DNA of 57,767 bases from Candidatus Methylomirabilota bacterium (GCA_036001225.1 DASYUM010000147.1:1-57767); one strand, 5' to 3'; positions 26,417 to 34,481 are shown, numbered from the stretch's first letter. Made by a program: numbers and translations. Notes: generated from the sequence alone by a model not told the origin.

Positions 26417-27385
26417 TCACGGCGCCCCCGGCGACGCCACCCGCGCCTCCCCCGGCGGATGATGGGCGAGGAGGTCCTCCTGGCGGCCCCACAGCACACA
26501 GCGGTCGGTCAGCTTGCACTCGGGCAGGCACGGCTCGGCGTGGACGACGACGTGCGAGCCGGGGATCGTCCGCTCGATCTCCTTCTCGATGTGGTCCACC
26601 AGGTCGTGAGCCTCGCCGAGGGGCAGATGCCGGCAGAGCCCGACCGAGAAGTCGATCTGCCGCTGCGACCCCGAGCGACGCGTCCGGAGGTCGTGGGACG
26701 AGACGACGAACTTGTGACGATGGATCACCTGCTCGATCTCGCGCTGCTCGGCCGCCGGGATGGCGGCATCCATCAGGTCGGCGACCGAGCGGGCGACGAG
26801 CTGGTAGGCCGAGCGCAGGATGACCACGCCGACCAGGATCGCGATGAGCGGATCGAAGATGCCGACGCCGGTCAGCCACAGGAGTCCCAGGCTCGCCAGC
26901 ACGCCAGCGTTGGTCCAGACGTCGGTCGCGTAGTGGAGGGAGTCGGCGAGGAGCACGACCGAATCGGTGCGAGCCGCCACCTGGCGGAGGTGGCGGGTGA
27001 TGAGCCAGCTCACGACCAGGGAGACGGCCATGGCCGCCACGCCCCACTCGCTGTGCTCGGGCTGGATGCCCCGCAGCAGTCGCCGGACCGCCTCGAAGAT
27101 GACCCAGCCGCCCAGCGCCGCGATGACCGCGGCCTGGAGGAGCCCGGCCAGGTTCTCGACCTTTCCGTGGCCATAGGGATGCCCCTCGTCGGCGGGGGAC
27201 TCGGCGATGCGGATGGAGAAGAGATTGAAGCTGGAGACCAGGACGTCGATCAGCGAGTCAGCGGCCGAGGACATGAGGCCGATCGAGTTGGTGGCCAGAC
27301 CGGTGCCGAGCTTGACCACCGCGAGGGCGCCGGCGCCTAGGATCGCCACCTTCTCGGCCCGCGCCTTCGCGGCGGCTCTCATCAT
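26417..27385 (-). CDS. Cation diffusion facilitator (CDF) family metal efflux transporter
   Basis: 322 aa from ATG 27385. Motifs include SSAADSLIDV and HPYGHGKVE, with six TM segments and a C-terminal cytoplasmic domain. The track N-terminal extension is rejected. Confidence 0.8.
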   Translation of the reverse strand: MMRAAAKARAEKVAILGAGALAVVKLGTGLATNSIGLMSSAADSLIDVLVSSFNLFSIRIAESPADEGHPYGHGKVENLAGLLQAAVIAALGGWVIFEAVRRLLRGIQPEHSEWGVAAMAVSLVVSWLITRHLRQVAARTDSVVLLADSLHYATDVWTNAGVLASLGLLWLTGVGIFDPLIAILVGVVILRSAYQLVARSVADLMDAAIPAAEQREIEQVIHRHKFVVSSHDLRTRRSGSQRQIDFSVGLCRHLPLGEAHDLVDHIEKEIERTIPGSHVVVHAEPCLPECKLTDRCVLWGRQEDLLAHHPPGEARVASPGAP

Positions 27386-27389
27386 GGCT

Positions 27390-28229
27390 TCATGATACCA
27401 GTCCGCCTCCCGGCCGCCGCGCCGCGACCCACAGATCACGCAGCTCGTCGAGCGAGCGCACCGTGAGATGGGCCCGGCCCTCGCCGTCCTCGTCGCCGGC
27501 CGCGTCGAGCCACACCGTGAACATCCCGGCCGCGCGGCCGCCGGCGACGTCGGTGACCAGGCTGTCGCCGACCATCGCGGCCTCGGCGGGCCGGCAGCCG
27601 AGCCGCTCGAGGGCCATCTCGAAGATCGGCCGGTGGGGCTTGCCCACCACGATCGGCCGGGCGCCGCCCGCGACCGCGATGGCCTCGGCCAGCGCGCCGC
27701 AGCCCGGGTCGAACTCGCCGGGAGCCACCGGCAGGCGGGGGTCGAGGTTCACGGTGAAGAAGGCGGCGCCGCCCGCGATCGCGCGGGACGCGGCCCGGAG
27801 CCGGCCGAAGTCGAAGGCGGGATCGTTTCCGACCGCGACGGCCTGGGCCCGGCCCCACGCGTCGAACCCGACGATCGCGTGGCCCGCCGTCTCGAGGACC
27901 GCGTGGAGGTCCGGGGTCCCGAGGGCCAGCACCGGCACGCTTCCGATCCGGCGGCGGATCGTCTCGCCCAGCAGCTCGAGGGCGGGGAGCACCTCGGCGG
28001 CCGGGGTCGGGATGCCGAGCCGCGTGAGGCGCTCGCTCAGGGCCGGCGACAGCTCGCGCGAGCTGTTGGTCACGAACACGACGCGCCGGCCGCCGTCCCG
28101 GAGCGCCCGCACCAGCTCGGCGGCACCCGGGAGCAGCGTCGGGCCGGCCCAGATGCAGCCGTCGAGGTCGAAGGCGAATCCCCGGAGGGCGGCCAGCGTG
28201 GCGGCGGCGGCGTTCACGTCGGCCATCAT
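27390..28229 (-). CDS. HAD-superfamily hydrolase, subfamily IIA (NagD-like)
   Basis: 279 aa with motif I FDLDGCIW, VTNSS, and a C-terminal GD..VTDV motif. Confidence 0.75.
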   Translation of the reverse strand: MMADVNAAAATLAALRGFAFDLDGCIWAGPTLLPGAAELVRALRDGGRRVVFVTNSSRELSPALSERLTRLGIPTPAAEVLPALELLGETIRRRIGSVPVLALGTPDLHAVLETAGHAIVGFDAWGRAQAVAVGNDPAFDFGRLRAASRAIAGGAAFFTVNLDPRLPVAPGEFDPGCGALAEAIAVAGGARPIVVGKPHRPIFEMALERLGCRPAEAAMVGDSLVTDVAGGRAAGMFTVWLDAAGDEDGEGRAHLTVRSLDELRDLWVAARRPGGGLVS

Positions 28230-28326
28230 ACCCCGGGCGGACCGGCGCCGAGCCCGGCCGCGCTATAATGGCGACGCGCACGTCGGCGCCTCGTCTCCTG
28301 AGATCCCGCACAGGGGAGGATCACCC

Positions 28327-29490
28327 GTGGCCCACCGCGACCCGACCCCTCCGTCCGAGCTTCTCTCGCGCCGCGCGTTCATGATCCACCTCGGCGCGAC
28401 GGCCGCCATTCTCGGCAGCAGCGCCCCGCTATTGGCCCAGCCCGCGACGCCGCCGATCCCCGGCAAGGAGCGCCTCATCGTCCGGAGTCCGCGGCCGATC
28501 AACCTGGAGGCTCCGCTCCGGGAGCTCACGACCGACGTCACGCCCTACGAGCTCTTCTTCGTCCGCAACAACTACGATGGCCCCGAGATCGACCCCGGGC
28601 AGTACACCCTGCGGGTGGACGGCGAGGTGGACAATCCGCTGACGCTGCGGTTGGACGACCTGCGCCGGATGGACCAGGTCACCGAGACGATCACGCTCGA
28701 GTGCGCGGGAAATGGACGGAGCTTCCACACCCCGAAGGCGGCGGGCATCCAGTGGGAGCACGGGGCGGTCGGCACCGCGACGTGGAAGGGCGTCCGGCTC
28801 GCCGACGTGCTGCGGCTCGCCCGGCCGCGGCCGACCGCCCGCCACGTCGTCCCCGACGGCAACGACGCGCCGCCCACGCCCCAGGCGCCCGACTTCATCC
28901 GGAGCCATCCGCTCTGGAAGGCCCGGGATGCCCACACCCTGCTCGCGCTCGAGATGAACGGCCGGCCGGTGCCTCACCTGCACGGGGGCCCCGTCCGACT
29001 GCTCGTCCCCGGCTGGATCGGCTCGGCGTCGCTCAAGTGGCTGACCCGGCTCACGCTGGCCGAGACCGAGTGGAACGGGCCCTTCATGCAGCGCAGCTAC
29101 CGCTCCCCCCGCGTCGACGACCCGAAGCAGACGTACTCGCTCCAGTCCCTCGAATGCAAGTCGGTCATCGTCACTCCCGGCGACCGCGCTCAGCTCGCCG
29201 CCGGCACCCACCCGCTCGCGGGCTACGCCTGGGCCGGGGAGGGAACGGTGATCGCGGTAGACGTCTCGATCGACGGCGGACAATCCTGGACCCCGGCGGC
29301 CCTCAAGGGGGAAGAGCACCGGTATGCGTGGCGGCGCTGGGAGTACAGCTGGGACGCCGCGCCGGGGCAGTACACGATCATGGCCCGGGCCAGCGACTCG
29401 CTCGGGCGGTATCAGCCGGCCAGCCGGCCGCCCGACCCTCAAGGCTATCGCTGGAACGTCATCCATGCCGTCCGGGTCGTCGTGGCCTAG
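28327..29490 (+). CDS. Sulfite-oxidase-family molybdopterin oxidoreductase (SorA-like), Tat-exported
   Basis: GTG 28327 lies 7 nt after GGGGAGGA. Twin-arginine signal SRRAFMIHLGA. Moco-binding and dimerisation-domain motifs are present (FFVRNNY, LECAGNGR, LLVPGWIGSASLKW). Confidence 0.8.
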   Translation: MAHRDPTPPSELLSRRAFMIHLGATAAILGSSAPLLAQPATPPIPGKERLIVRSPRPINLEAPLRELTTDVTPYELFFVRNNYDGPEIDPGQYTLRVDGEVDNPLTLRLDDLRRMDQVTETITLECAGNGRSFHTPKAAGIQWEHGAVGTATWKGVRLADVLRLARPRPTARHVVPDGNDAPPTPQAPDFIRSHPLWKARDAHTLLALEMNGRPVPHLHGGPVRLLVPGWIGSASLKWLTRLTLAETEWNGPFMQRSYRSPRVDDPKQTYSLQSLECKSVIVTPGDRAQLAAGTHPLAGYAWAGEGTVIAVDVSIDGGQSWTPAALKGEEHRYAWRRWEYSWDAAPGQYTIMARASDSLGRYQPASRPPDPQGYRWNVIHAVRVVVA

Positions 29491-29495
29491 TTCCT

Positions 29496-29612
29496 CCGGA
29501 GGGGGCCTCGACGGCCCCCTCCGGGACCTCCCCCAGGAAAATGGCGCCGGCAAAGCCGGCGCTCGGAGCGGAACACCGACCCGTGGCGGTTCGGCAGAGG
29601 GCCGCGCGTGGT
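29496..29612 (+). repeat. Family-A structured intergenic repeat, copy b
   Basis: Hairpin CCGGAGGGGGCC-TCGAC-GGCCCCCTCCGG (29496-29524) and hairpin GCGCCGGC-AAA-GCCGGCGC (29544-29562), then CGCTCGGAGCGGAACA...GGCGGTTCGGC. It begins 6 nt after stop 29490. Confidence 0.75.
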
Positions 29613-29647
29613 CACCCCGTCCGGTTCGGGGATGGCGCGGGGGCGGG

Positions 29648-29935
29648 ATGGCCGGCCTCGGGGCCGGCCTGGTCGCCGCATTCGGCGCCGGGCTCCTGGC
29701 CGGCGCCGCCGGCGGCGTGGCCGCCCAGGCCAACCCCCTGCCCCCCGGCCAGCACATGGAGCTGGTGCTGGGAAGCTGCATTATGTGCCACGCGCCGGAG
29801 ATCCTGGCCCAGCAACGCCTCGACCGCGCGACGTGGGAAGCGATCGTGGACCGGATGATCTCCTATGGCGCGCCGATTACCCGGGACACGAAGCCGCTCA
29901 TCATGGAGTACCTGGTCACCTACCTCGGCCGCTGA
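29648..29935 (+). CDS. Small membrane-anchored/secreted mono-heme c-type cytochrome (SorB-like partner)
   Basis: 95 aa from ATG 29648. It has a hydrophobic N-terminus and a single CIMCH (CxxCH) heme-binding motif. The longer 203-aa track ORF would read through the repeat and is rejected. Confidence 0.6.
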   Translation: MAGLGAGLVAAFGAGLLAGAAGGVAAQANPLPPGQHMELVLGSCIMCHAPEILAQQRLDRATWEAIVDRMISYGAPITRDTKPLIMEYLVTYLGR

Positions 29936-29963
29936 GCCTCGGCGCAGAGCCTCGGCGCGGGGT

Positions 29964-29993
29964 GTGACCGGGAGGCCGGCCCCAGCGTATACT
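29964..29993 (+). promoter_or_regulatory. Candidate promoter of the riboswitch-1 transcript
   Basis: GTGACC (29964-29969), an 18-nt spacer, then TATACT (29988-29993), 19 nt upstream of the aptamer's first G. It sits in an AT-rich island (TATACTGTTAAAAGA) in a GC-rich background. Confidence 0.4.
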
Positions 29994-30012
29994 GTTAAAA
30001 GACGATCGACGT

Positions 30013-30097
30013 GGGCGATGGAGTTCGCCCTCTAACCGCTGCCCACCGGCAGCTGATGACTCCTACTGGGACATTCCCGGTGGGAGTTTTCGTTTTT
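30013..30097 (+). promoter_or_regulatory. Fluoride riboswitch (crcB RNA motif) with intrinsic-terminator expression platform, copy 1
   Basis: Aptamer 30013-30066: GGGCGAUGGAGUUCGCCC-UCUAACCGC-UGCC-CACC-GGCA-GCUGAUGACUCCUAC. Terminator: ACUCCUACUGGG (30059-30070) pairs with CCCGGUGGGAGU (30076-30087), followed by UUUUCGUUUUU. The terminator 5' arm reuses the pseudoknot strand ACUCC. Confidence 0.85.
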
Positions 30098-30120
30098 CCG
30101 GGCCTCGAGGAGGTGGAGAC

Positions 30121-30321
30121 ATGGCCGATCAGGAGCGGAAGACCAAGCGCCCGGCCGATCCGGCCCAGCAGGAGGAGGTGGCGGGCGCCAATCCGAAGGT
30201 CGCCGAGAAGGGCGCGCAGATCAAGAAGAGCCTCGACGAGGTCCTCGACGACATCGACGACGTCCTCGAGGAGAACGCCGAGGAGTTCGTCAAGAGCTAC
30301 GTGCAACGCGGCGGTGAGTAG
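30121..30321 (+). CDS. pup: Prokaryotic ubiquitin-like protein Pup (C-terminal GGE)
   Basis: 66 aa. The C-terminal half LDEVLDDIDDVLEENAEEFVKSYVQRGGE matches the canonical Pup motif (compare mycobacterial LLDEIDDVLEENAEDFVRAYVQKGGQ). The N-terminus is disordered and charged. GAGGAGG SD present. Confidence 0.85.
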   Translation: MADQERKTKRPADPAQQEEVAGANPKVAEKGAQIKKSLDEVLDDIDDVLEENAEEFVKSYVQRGGE

Positions 30322-30327
30322 CGGCGC

Positions 30328-31464
30328 GTGAATCTCGATCGATTACTGGGCGGCCCAGGCTGGCGCCGCCAGCTGCGGACCACCAAGTTCATCGCCTACT
30401 TCCACTTGGTGGAGGCGTGCGGGAAGCCCGGGTGTCCCGTGTGCCGCTGCCTCCGGGAGTCTACCTTCCGGTCCCTGGACGCGCTGCTCTACGAGCAGGT
30501 GACCGACCCGGCGACGCGCGGGGTCCTGGACCAGTCGTGGGGCTTCTGCGCCTGGCACGCTGGGATGTCCAAGGAGGTCCAGAACGCCGGCCTCGGCATT
30601 GCGATCATCTACCAGGATCTCCTCGGCCAGGTGCGCGAGCGTCTGACCGCCAGCCGTCGGGAGCTTGCCGGATCCCCCGTTGTCAGAGGATGGCGGCGGC
30701 TCTTCCGGCGCCACGAGCCCGTGGCGCTGGTGCGGGCGCGAGCGATTCGGAAGCGCTGCCCACTCTGCCACCTCGTGGGGAGCGCGGAAGTCAGCTATCT
30801 CCACACCCTTCTCGAATACGGCGAGGACCCCGAGTTCGACCGGGCCTATGGGCGCTCGGCCGGGCTCTGCCTGCCACATCTCATCCTGGCCCTCGCGAGC
30901 CACCCTGGCCACCGCGGGGTAGCTCCACTCCTCGTGCGGACGGTGGGCAAGCTGGACCAACTCGCCAAGGAGCTCCGCGGCTTCATCGACAAGCACGACT
31001 ACCGGAAGCACGCCCCCTTCTCCGACGAAGAGGCTGCCTCCTGGACCGACGCCCTCGGGTTCCTCGTCGGTGACCCGGGACTTTTCGGAAACGAGATCCT
31101 GCGGTCTGGCCGGCCGCTTGGGAGCGCGCCCGCCCTGCCTTCCCGGCCCGAGGAGAAACCGACCGAGCTACCTTCCGGTCCACTGGAGGAGCGGTTTCAG
31201 GCTCTCGCCTTCGAGAAGGAGCGGTTCGAGCAACGGCTCCGGGAGCTCATGAAGCAGCTCGGCGACGAGTCCAGCCGGGCAGCCGCGCTCCATTACCGGC
31301 TGTGGGTCACCACCGAGGATCGGAAAGTCCTCGAGATGAACCTGGCCGGGGAGCAGGCGGCGTCGCGGACGTGGGAAACAGTCGTCCAGGATCTGCGCGC
31401 CGAGATTGCGGAGCTCAAGCGGCGGCTGGCCAAGTACGAGCCGCCGCCCGAGCACGCCGCTTGA
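30328..31464 (+). CDS. Uncharacterised protein with two CPxC...CxxH modules and a C-terminal coiled coil
   Basis: 378 aa with a GTG start 6 nt after the pup stop. Modules: GCPVCRC...x34...GFCAWH and RCPLCH...x33...GLCLPH. The C-terminal 100 aa are heptad-rich (ERFEQRLRELMKQL, LRAEIAELKRRLAKY). It is a paralogue of 36254-37684. Confidence 0.7.
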   Translation: MNLDRLLGGPGWRRQLRTTKFIAYFHLVEACGKPGCPVCRCLRESTFRSLDALLYEQVTDPATRGVLDQSWGFCAWHAGMSKEVQNAGLGIAIIYQDLLGQVRERLTASRRELAGSPVVRGWRRLFRRHEPVALVRARAIRKRCPLCHLVGSAEVSYLHTLLEYGEDPEFDRAYGRSAGLCLPHLILALASHPGHRGVAPLLVRTVGKLDQLAKELRGFIDKHDYRKHAPFSDEEAASWTDALGFLVGDPGLFGNEILRSGRPLGSAPALPSRPEEKPTELPSGPLEERFQALAFEKERFEQRLRELMKQLGDESSRAAALHYRLWVTTEDRKVLEMNLAGEQAASRTWETVVQDLRAEIAELKRRLAKYEPPPEHAA

Positions 31465-31530
31465 CCGCCCGGCCCCGATTCCAAGGTGATATCCCGCGGC
31501 GCCCTTCCACGCCCGATGACGGAGGTGTGA

Positions 31531-32712
31531 GTGGAGAACGCCTACATCGCCATGGCCGCCGGCATCCTCATCCTGCTCGCCAGCATGGCCTCGGTGGAAA
31601 TGGGGCTGTCGGTGGCGCTGATCGAGATCGCGCTCGGGGTGGTGGCGGGCAACGTCCTGGGGCTCCACACGACGCCGTGGCTCGACTTCCTCGCCAGCTT
31701 CGCCGGCATCGTCCTCACCTTCCTCGCGGGCGCCGAGGTGGACGTGACCCTCATGCGGGAGAAGCTGAAGGAGAGCCTGCTGATCGGCGGCATTTCGTTC
31801 GTGGCGCCCTTCTTCGGGGCGTGGCTGTTCTGCCAGTACGTCCTCGGCTGGCCGGTCCCGGCGTCCCAGCTCACCGGGGTGGCGCTCTCGACCACATCGC
31901 TCGCCGTCGTCTACGCGGTCCTGGTCGAGACCGGCCTCACGGCCCATCCGACCGGGAAGCTCATCATGGCGGCCACCTTCGTGACCGACTTCGGCACCGC
32001 CGCCGCGTTGAGCCTGCTCTTCATCCGGCCGACCTGGTGGCTCCTGGCCTTCGTCGCCGTTTCGGCTGCCATCATCGTCATCATGCCGCCTCTGCACCGG
32101 TGGTTCTTCACCCGCTACGGCCAGCGCGTCATCGAGCCCGAGATCAAGGGAGCCTTCGCCGCTCTTCTCGTCCTCATGTTCTTCGCCGAGCTGGCCCAGA
32201 GCCACGCCGTCCTCCCCGCCTTCATCCTCGGCCTGACGGTCTCGCATGTCTTCGAGCAGCATCGGGAAACCCAGCGCCGCTTCCGGGTGGTCGCCTTCGC
32301 CTTCCTCACCCCGTTCTTCTTTCTCAAGGGCGGCATGAACGTGTCGCTCCGCCTCGTGTGGGCGAACTTGGGACTCCTGGCCATGCTTTTCGCGGCCAAG
32401 CAGGTGACGAAGCTCGTCGGCGTCTACCCGCCGTCCATCCGGTACCTGTCGCCGCGTGACGCGATGTTCACGACCCTGCTCATGAGCACGGGGCTGACCT
32501 TCGGGACGATCTCTTCGCTGTACGGGCTGCGGGCGGGCATCTTCGATCAGGCCCAGTTTTCGGTGATCGTGACGGTCGTGGTTCTGAGTGCCATCGTGCC
32601 GACGTTCATCGCCCAGCGGTGGTTCTCGCCCCGCGAGCCGGAGCGGACGGCCGCCGCCCGGCGGCGGTCGGTGCTGGTCGTGGACTCCCCCGAAGCCGGG
32701 GACGGGGGTTGA
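31531..32712 (+). CDS. Cation:proton antiporter (Na+/H+ exchanger / CPA2-type, no KTN domain)
   Basis: 393 aa with a GTG start 5 nt after GGAGG, about 12 TM helices, and the typical FLAGAEVD and LSTTSLAVV motifs. Confidence 0.8.
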   Translation: MENAYIAMAAGILILLASMASVEMGLSVALIEIALGVVAGNVLGLHTTPWLDFLASFAGIVLTFLAGAEVDVTLMREKLKESLLIGGISFVAPFFGAWLFCQYVLGWPVPASQLTGVALSTTSLAVVYAVLVETGLTAHPTGKLIMAATFVTDFGTAAALSLLFIRPTWWLLAFVAVSAAIIVIMPPLHRWFFTRYGQRVIEPEIKGAFAALLVLMFFAELAQSHAVLPAFILGLTVSHVFEQHRETQRRFRVVAFAFLTPFFFLKGGMNVSLRLVWANLGLLAMLFAAKQVTKLVGVYPPSIRYLSPRDAMFTTLLMSTGLTFGTISSLYGLRAGIFDQAQFSVIVTVVVLSAIVPTFIAQRWFSPREPERTAAARRRSVLVVDSPEAGDGG

Positions 32713-32714
32713 GC

Positions 32715-33137
32715 ATGTTCGGCAAGATCCTGGTCGCCTTCGATGGATCGGAGGGGTCGCGCCGAGCGCTGCAGGCCGGAATCGAGCTGAGCAAGCGTTT
32801 CGGGTCCGACCTCTACACCATCTCGGTCATGGAGCACCTGCCCCACTACGCCGCCACGGTGGGCGAGGTGAAGGAGGCCCAGGCCGGGTTCGAGGCCTTC
32901 TTCCGGGACCTGACGAAGAGGGCGCGCGATCAGGCCGCCTTGCAAGGCGTGACGCTGGAGACGGTCGTGAAGCCCGGCCACGAGGTCGAGACGATCGTGA
33001 CGTACGCCAGGGAGGGCGGCTTCGACCTCATGGTGATCGGTTTCGTCGGGCACTCGAACATCTGGGGCCGGATCATGGGCAGCACGACCCAGAACCTGAG
33101 CCGGCTCGCGCCGTGCAACGTGCTCATCGTGAAGTGA
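32715..33137 (+). CDS. Universal stress protein (UspA family)
   Basis: 140 aa with ILVAFDGSEGS at the N-terminus and GFVGHS..WGRIMGSTTQNLSRLAPCNVLIV at the C-terminus. It starts 2 nt after the antiporter stop. Confidence 0.85.
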   Translation: MFGKILVAFDGSEGSRRALQAGIELSKRFGSDLYTISVMEHLPHYAATVGEVKEAQAGFEAFFRDLTKRARDQAALQGVTLETVVKPGHEVETIVTYAREGGFDLMVIGFVGHSNIWGRIMGSTTQNLSRLAPCNVLIVK

Positions 33138-34333
33138 CGACGATCGGCGGCCAGGCGCCCGCGGTCGCCGCCCGCGAGGCGCTCCGGCTCGTCGTGCTCC
33201 TCGGGCTGGTCAGTCTCTTCGCCGACATGACCTATGAGGGTGCCCGGAGCGTCACCGGCCCCTTCCTCGCGATTCTCGGCGCCAGCGGCACCGCGGTCGG
33301 GATCGTCGCCGGGGCCGGCGAGCTCGCGGGCTACGGCCTCCGACTGGTCTCCGGATATCTCAGCGACCGGACCGGCCGCTACTGGACCATCACTCTCCTC
33401 GGCTACGGTGTGAACCTCCTCGCGGTGCCGCTGTTGGCCGTCTCCGGCCGCTGGGAGACGGCGGGCGCGCTCATGATCGCCGAGCGAGTGGGCAAGGCGA
33501 TCCGGACCCCGCCCCGGGACGCCATGCTGTCGCACGCGACGACCCGGACCGGCATCGGCTGGGGCTTCGGCCTGCACGAGGCCCTGGACCAACTCGGGGC
33601 GGTCCTCGGTCCCCTCCTGGTGGCCGCGGTCCTTGCCCTCCGGGGCGACTACCGAGCCGGTTTCGCCGCGCTCCTGGTCCCGGCCGCGCTCGCGCTGGCC
33701 CTGCTGGGCGTGGCCCGCAGGCTCTACCCCCGGCCGCGCGACCTCGAAGTGGAAACGGTGGGGCACCTCGGCGACGGTTTCCCCCGGGAATTCTGGCAGT
33801 ATCTGGCCGCGGCCGCCTGCATCGCGGCCGGGTACGTGGACTTCCCCCTCATCGCCTACCACTTCGGGAAGGCCGGCCTCGCCCCCGAGCGCTGGATTCC
33901 GCTCGCGTATGCCCTGGCCATGGGCGTGGACGGGCTGGCCGCCCTGACGTTCGGCCGGTTGTTCGACCGGCACGGGATCGCGGCCCTCGTCCTGGCCACC
34001 GTCCTGTCAGCCGCATTCCCCCTGCTGGTCTTCACCGGGAGCTTCTCCCTCGCCCGGCTCGGCATGGTGCTGTGGGGAATCGGCATGGGCGCGCAGGAGT
34101 CCATCCTTCGCGGCGCGGTCGCGAAGATGGTCCCGCCCGCGCACCGCGCCTCTGCCTACGGCGTTTTCAACACCGGTTACGGCCTGGCCTGGTTTGCCGG
34201 CAGCGCGCTGATGGGGCTGCTCTACGACGTCTCGCTCGCGGGGTTGATCGCCTTCTCCGTCGCCCTCCAGCTCGCGGCCGTCCCCCTCTTGCTCGGGACT
34301 CACCGCCAGCTCCGGCGACCGGCTCACCCGTGA
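33134..34333 (+). CDS. MFS transporter
   Basis: 399 aa. GTG 33134 overlaps the USP stop (GTGA). It has about 12 TM helices and an MFS loop motif (GYLSDRTGR). Confidence 0.75.
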   Translation: MTTIGGQAPAVAAREALRLVVLLGLVSLFADMTYEGARSVTGPFLAILGASGTAVGIVAGAGELAGYGLRLVSGYLSDRTGRYWTITLLGYGVNLLAVPLLAVSGRWETAGALMIAERVGKAIRTPPRDAMLSHATTRTGIGWGFGLHEALDQLGAVLGPLLVAAVLALRGDYRAGFAALLVPAALALALLGVARRLYPRPRDLEVETVGHLGDGFPREFWQYLAAAACIAAGYVDFPLIAYHFGKAGLAPERWIPLAYALAMGVDGLAALTFGRLFDRHGIAALVLATVLSAAFPLLVFTGSFSLARLGMVLWGIGMGAQESILRGAVAKMVPPAHRASAYGVFNTGYGLAWFAGSALMGLLYDVSLAGLIAFSVALQLAAVPLLLGTHRQLRRPAHP

Positions 34334-34481
34334 TCCTCCCGCAAGCACGACTACCGGTTCTCCCGGCGGTTCTCCCGGGAGCCGTACGGATCGGAGGTGG
34401 ACGCGTTCGTACGGGCGACCGCCCTCTTGGCCGGTTCCTGGTCCGATCTCGCGGGGCGCCGACTGAGGAGCGGCTTCCGGG

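Noticed and set aside
29324-29647. Long N-terminal version (203 aa) of the cytochrome ORF, and the alternative ORF 29608-29967
   Set aside because: The extension overlaps the 3' end of the SorA-like gene and translates the family-A repeat. The alternative frame is Arg/Pro/Gly-rich. ATG 29648 gives a signal-anchor plus CxxCH protein.
30328-31464. Interpreting the Cys-repeat proteins as zf-HC2 anti-sigma factors
   Set aside because: The motif order and spacing (CPxC, about 34 residues, then CxxH, repeated 2 or 4 times) do not fit H-x3-C-x2-C. There is no TM segment, and no ECF sigma gene is adjacent.
34334-34481. Bidirectional terminator between the two convergent riboswitch operons
   Set aside because: I found no convincing GC hairpin with flanking T/A tracts in the 148-nt gap, so no terminator is annotated there.
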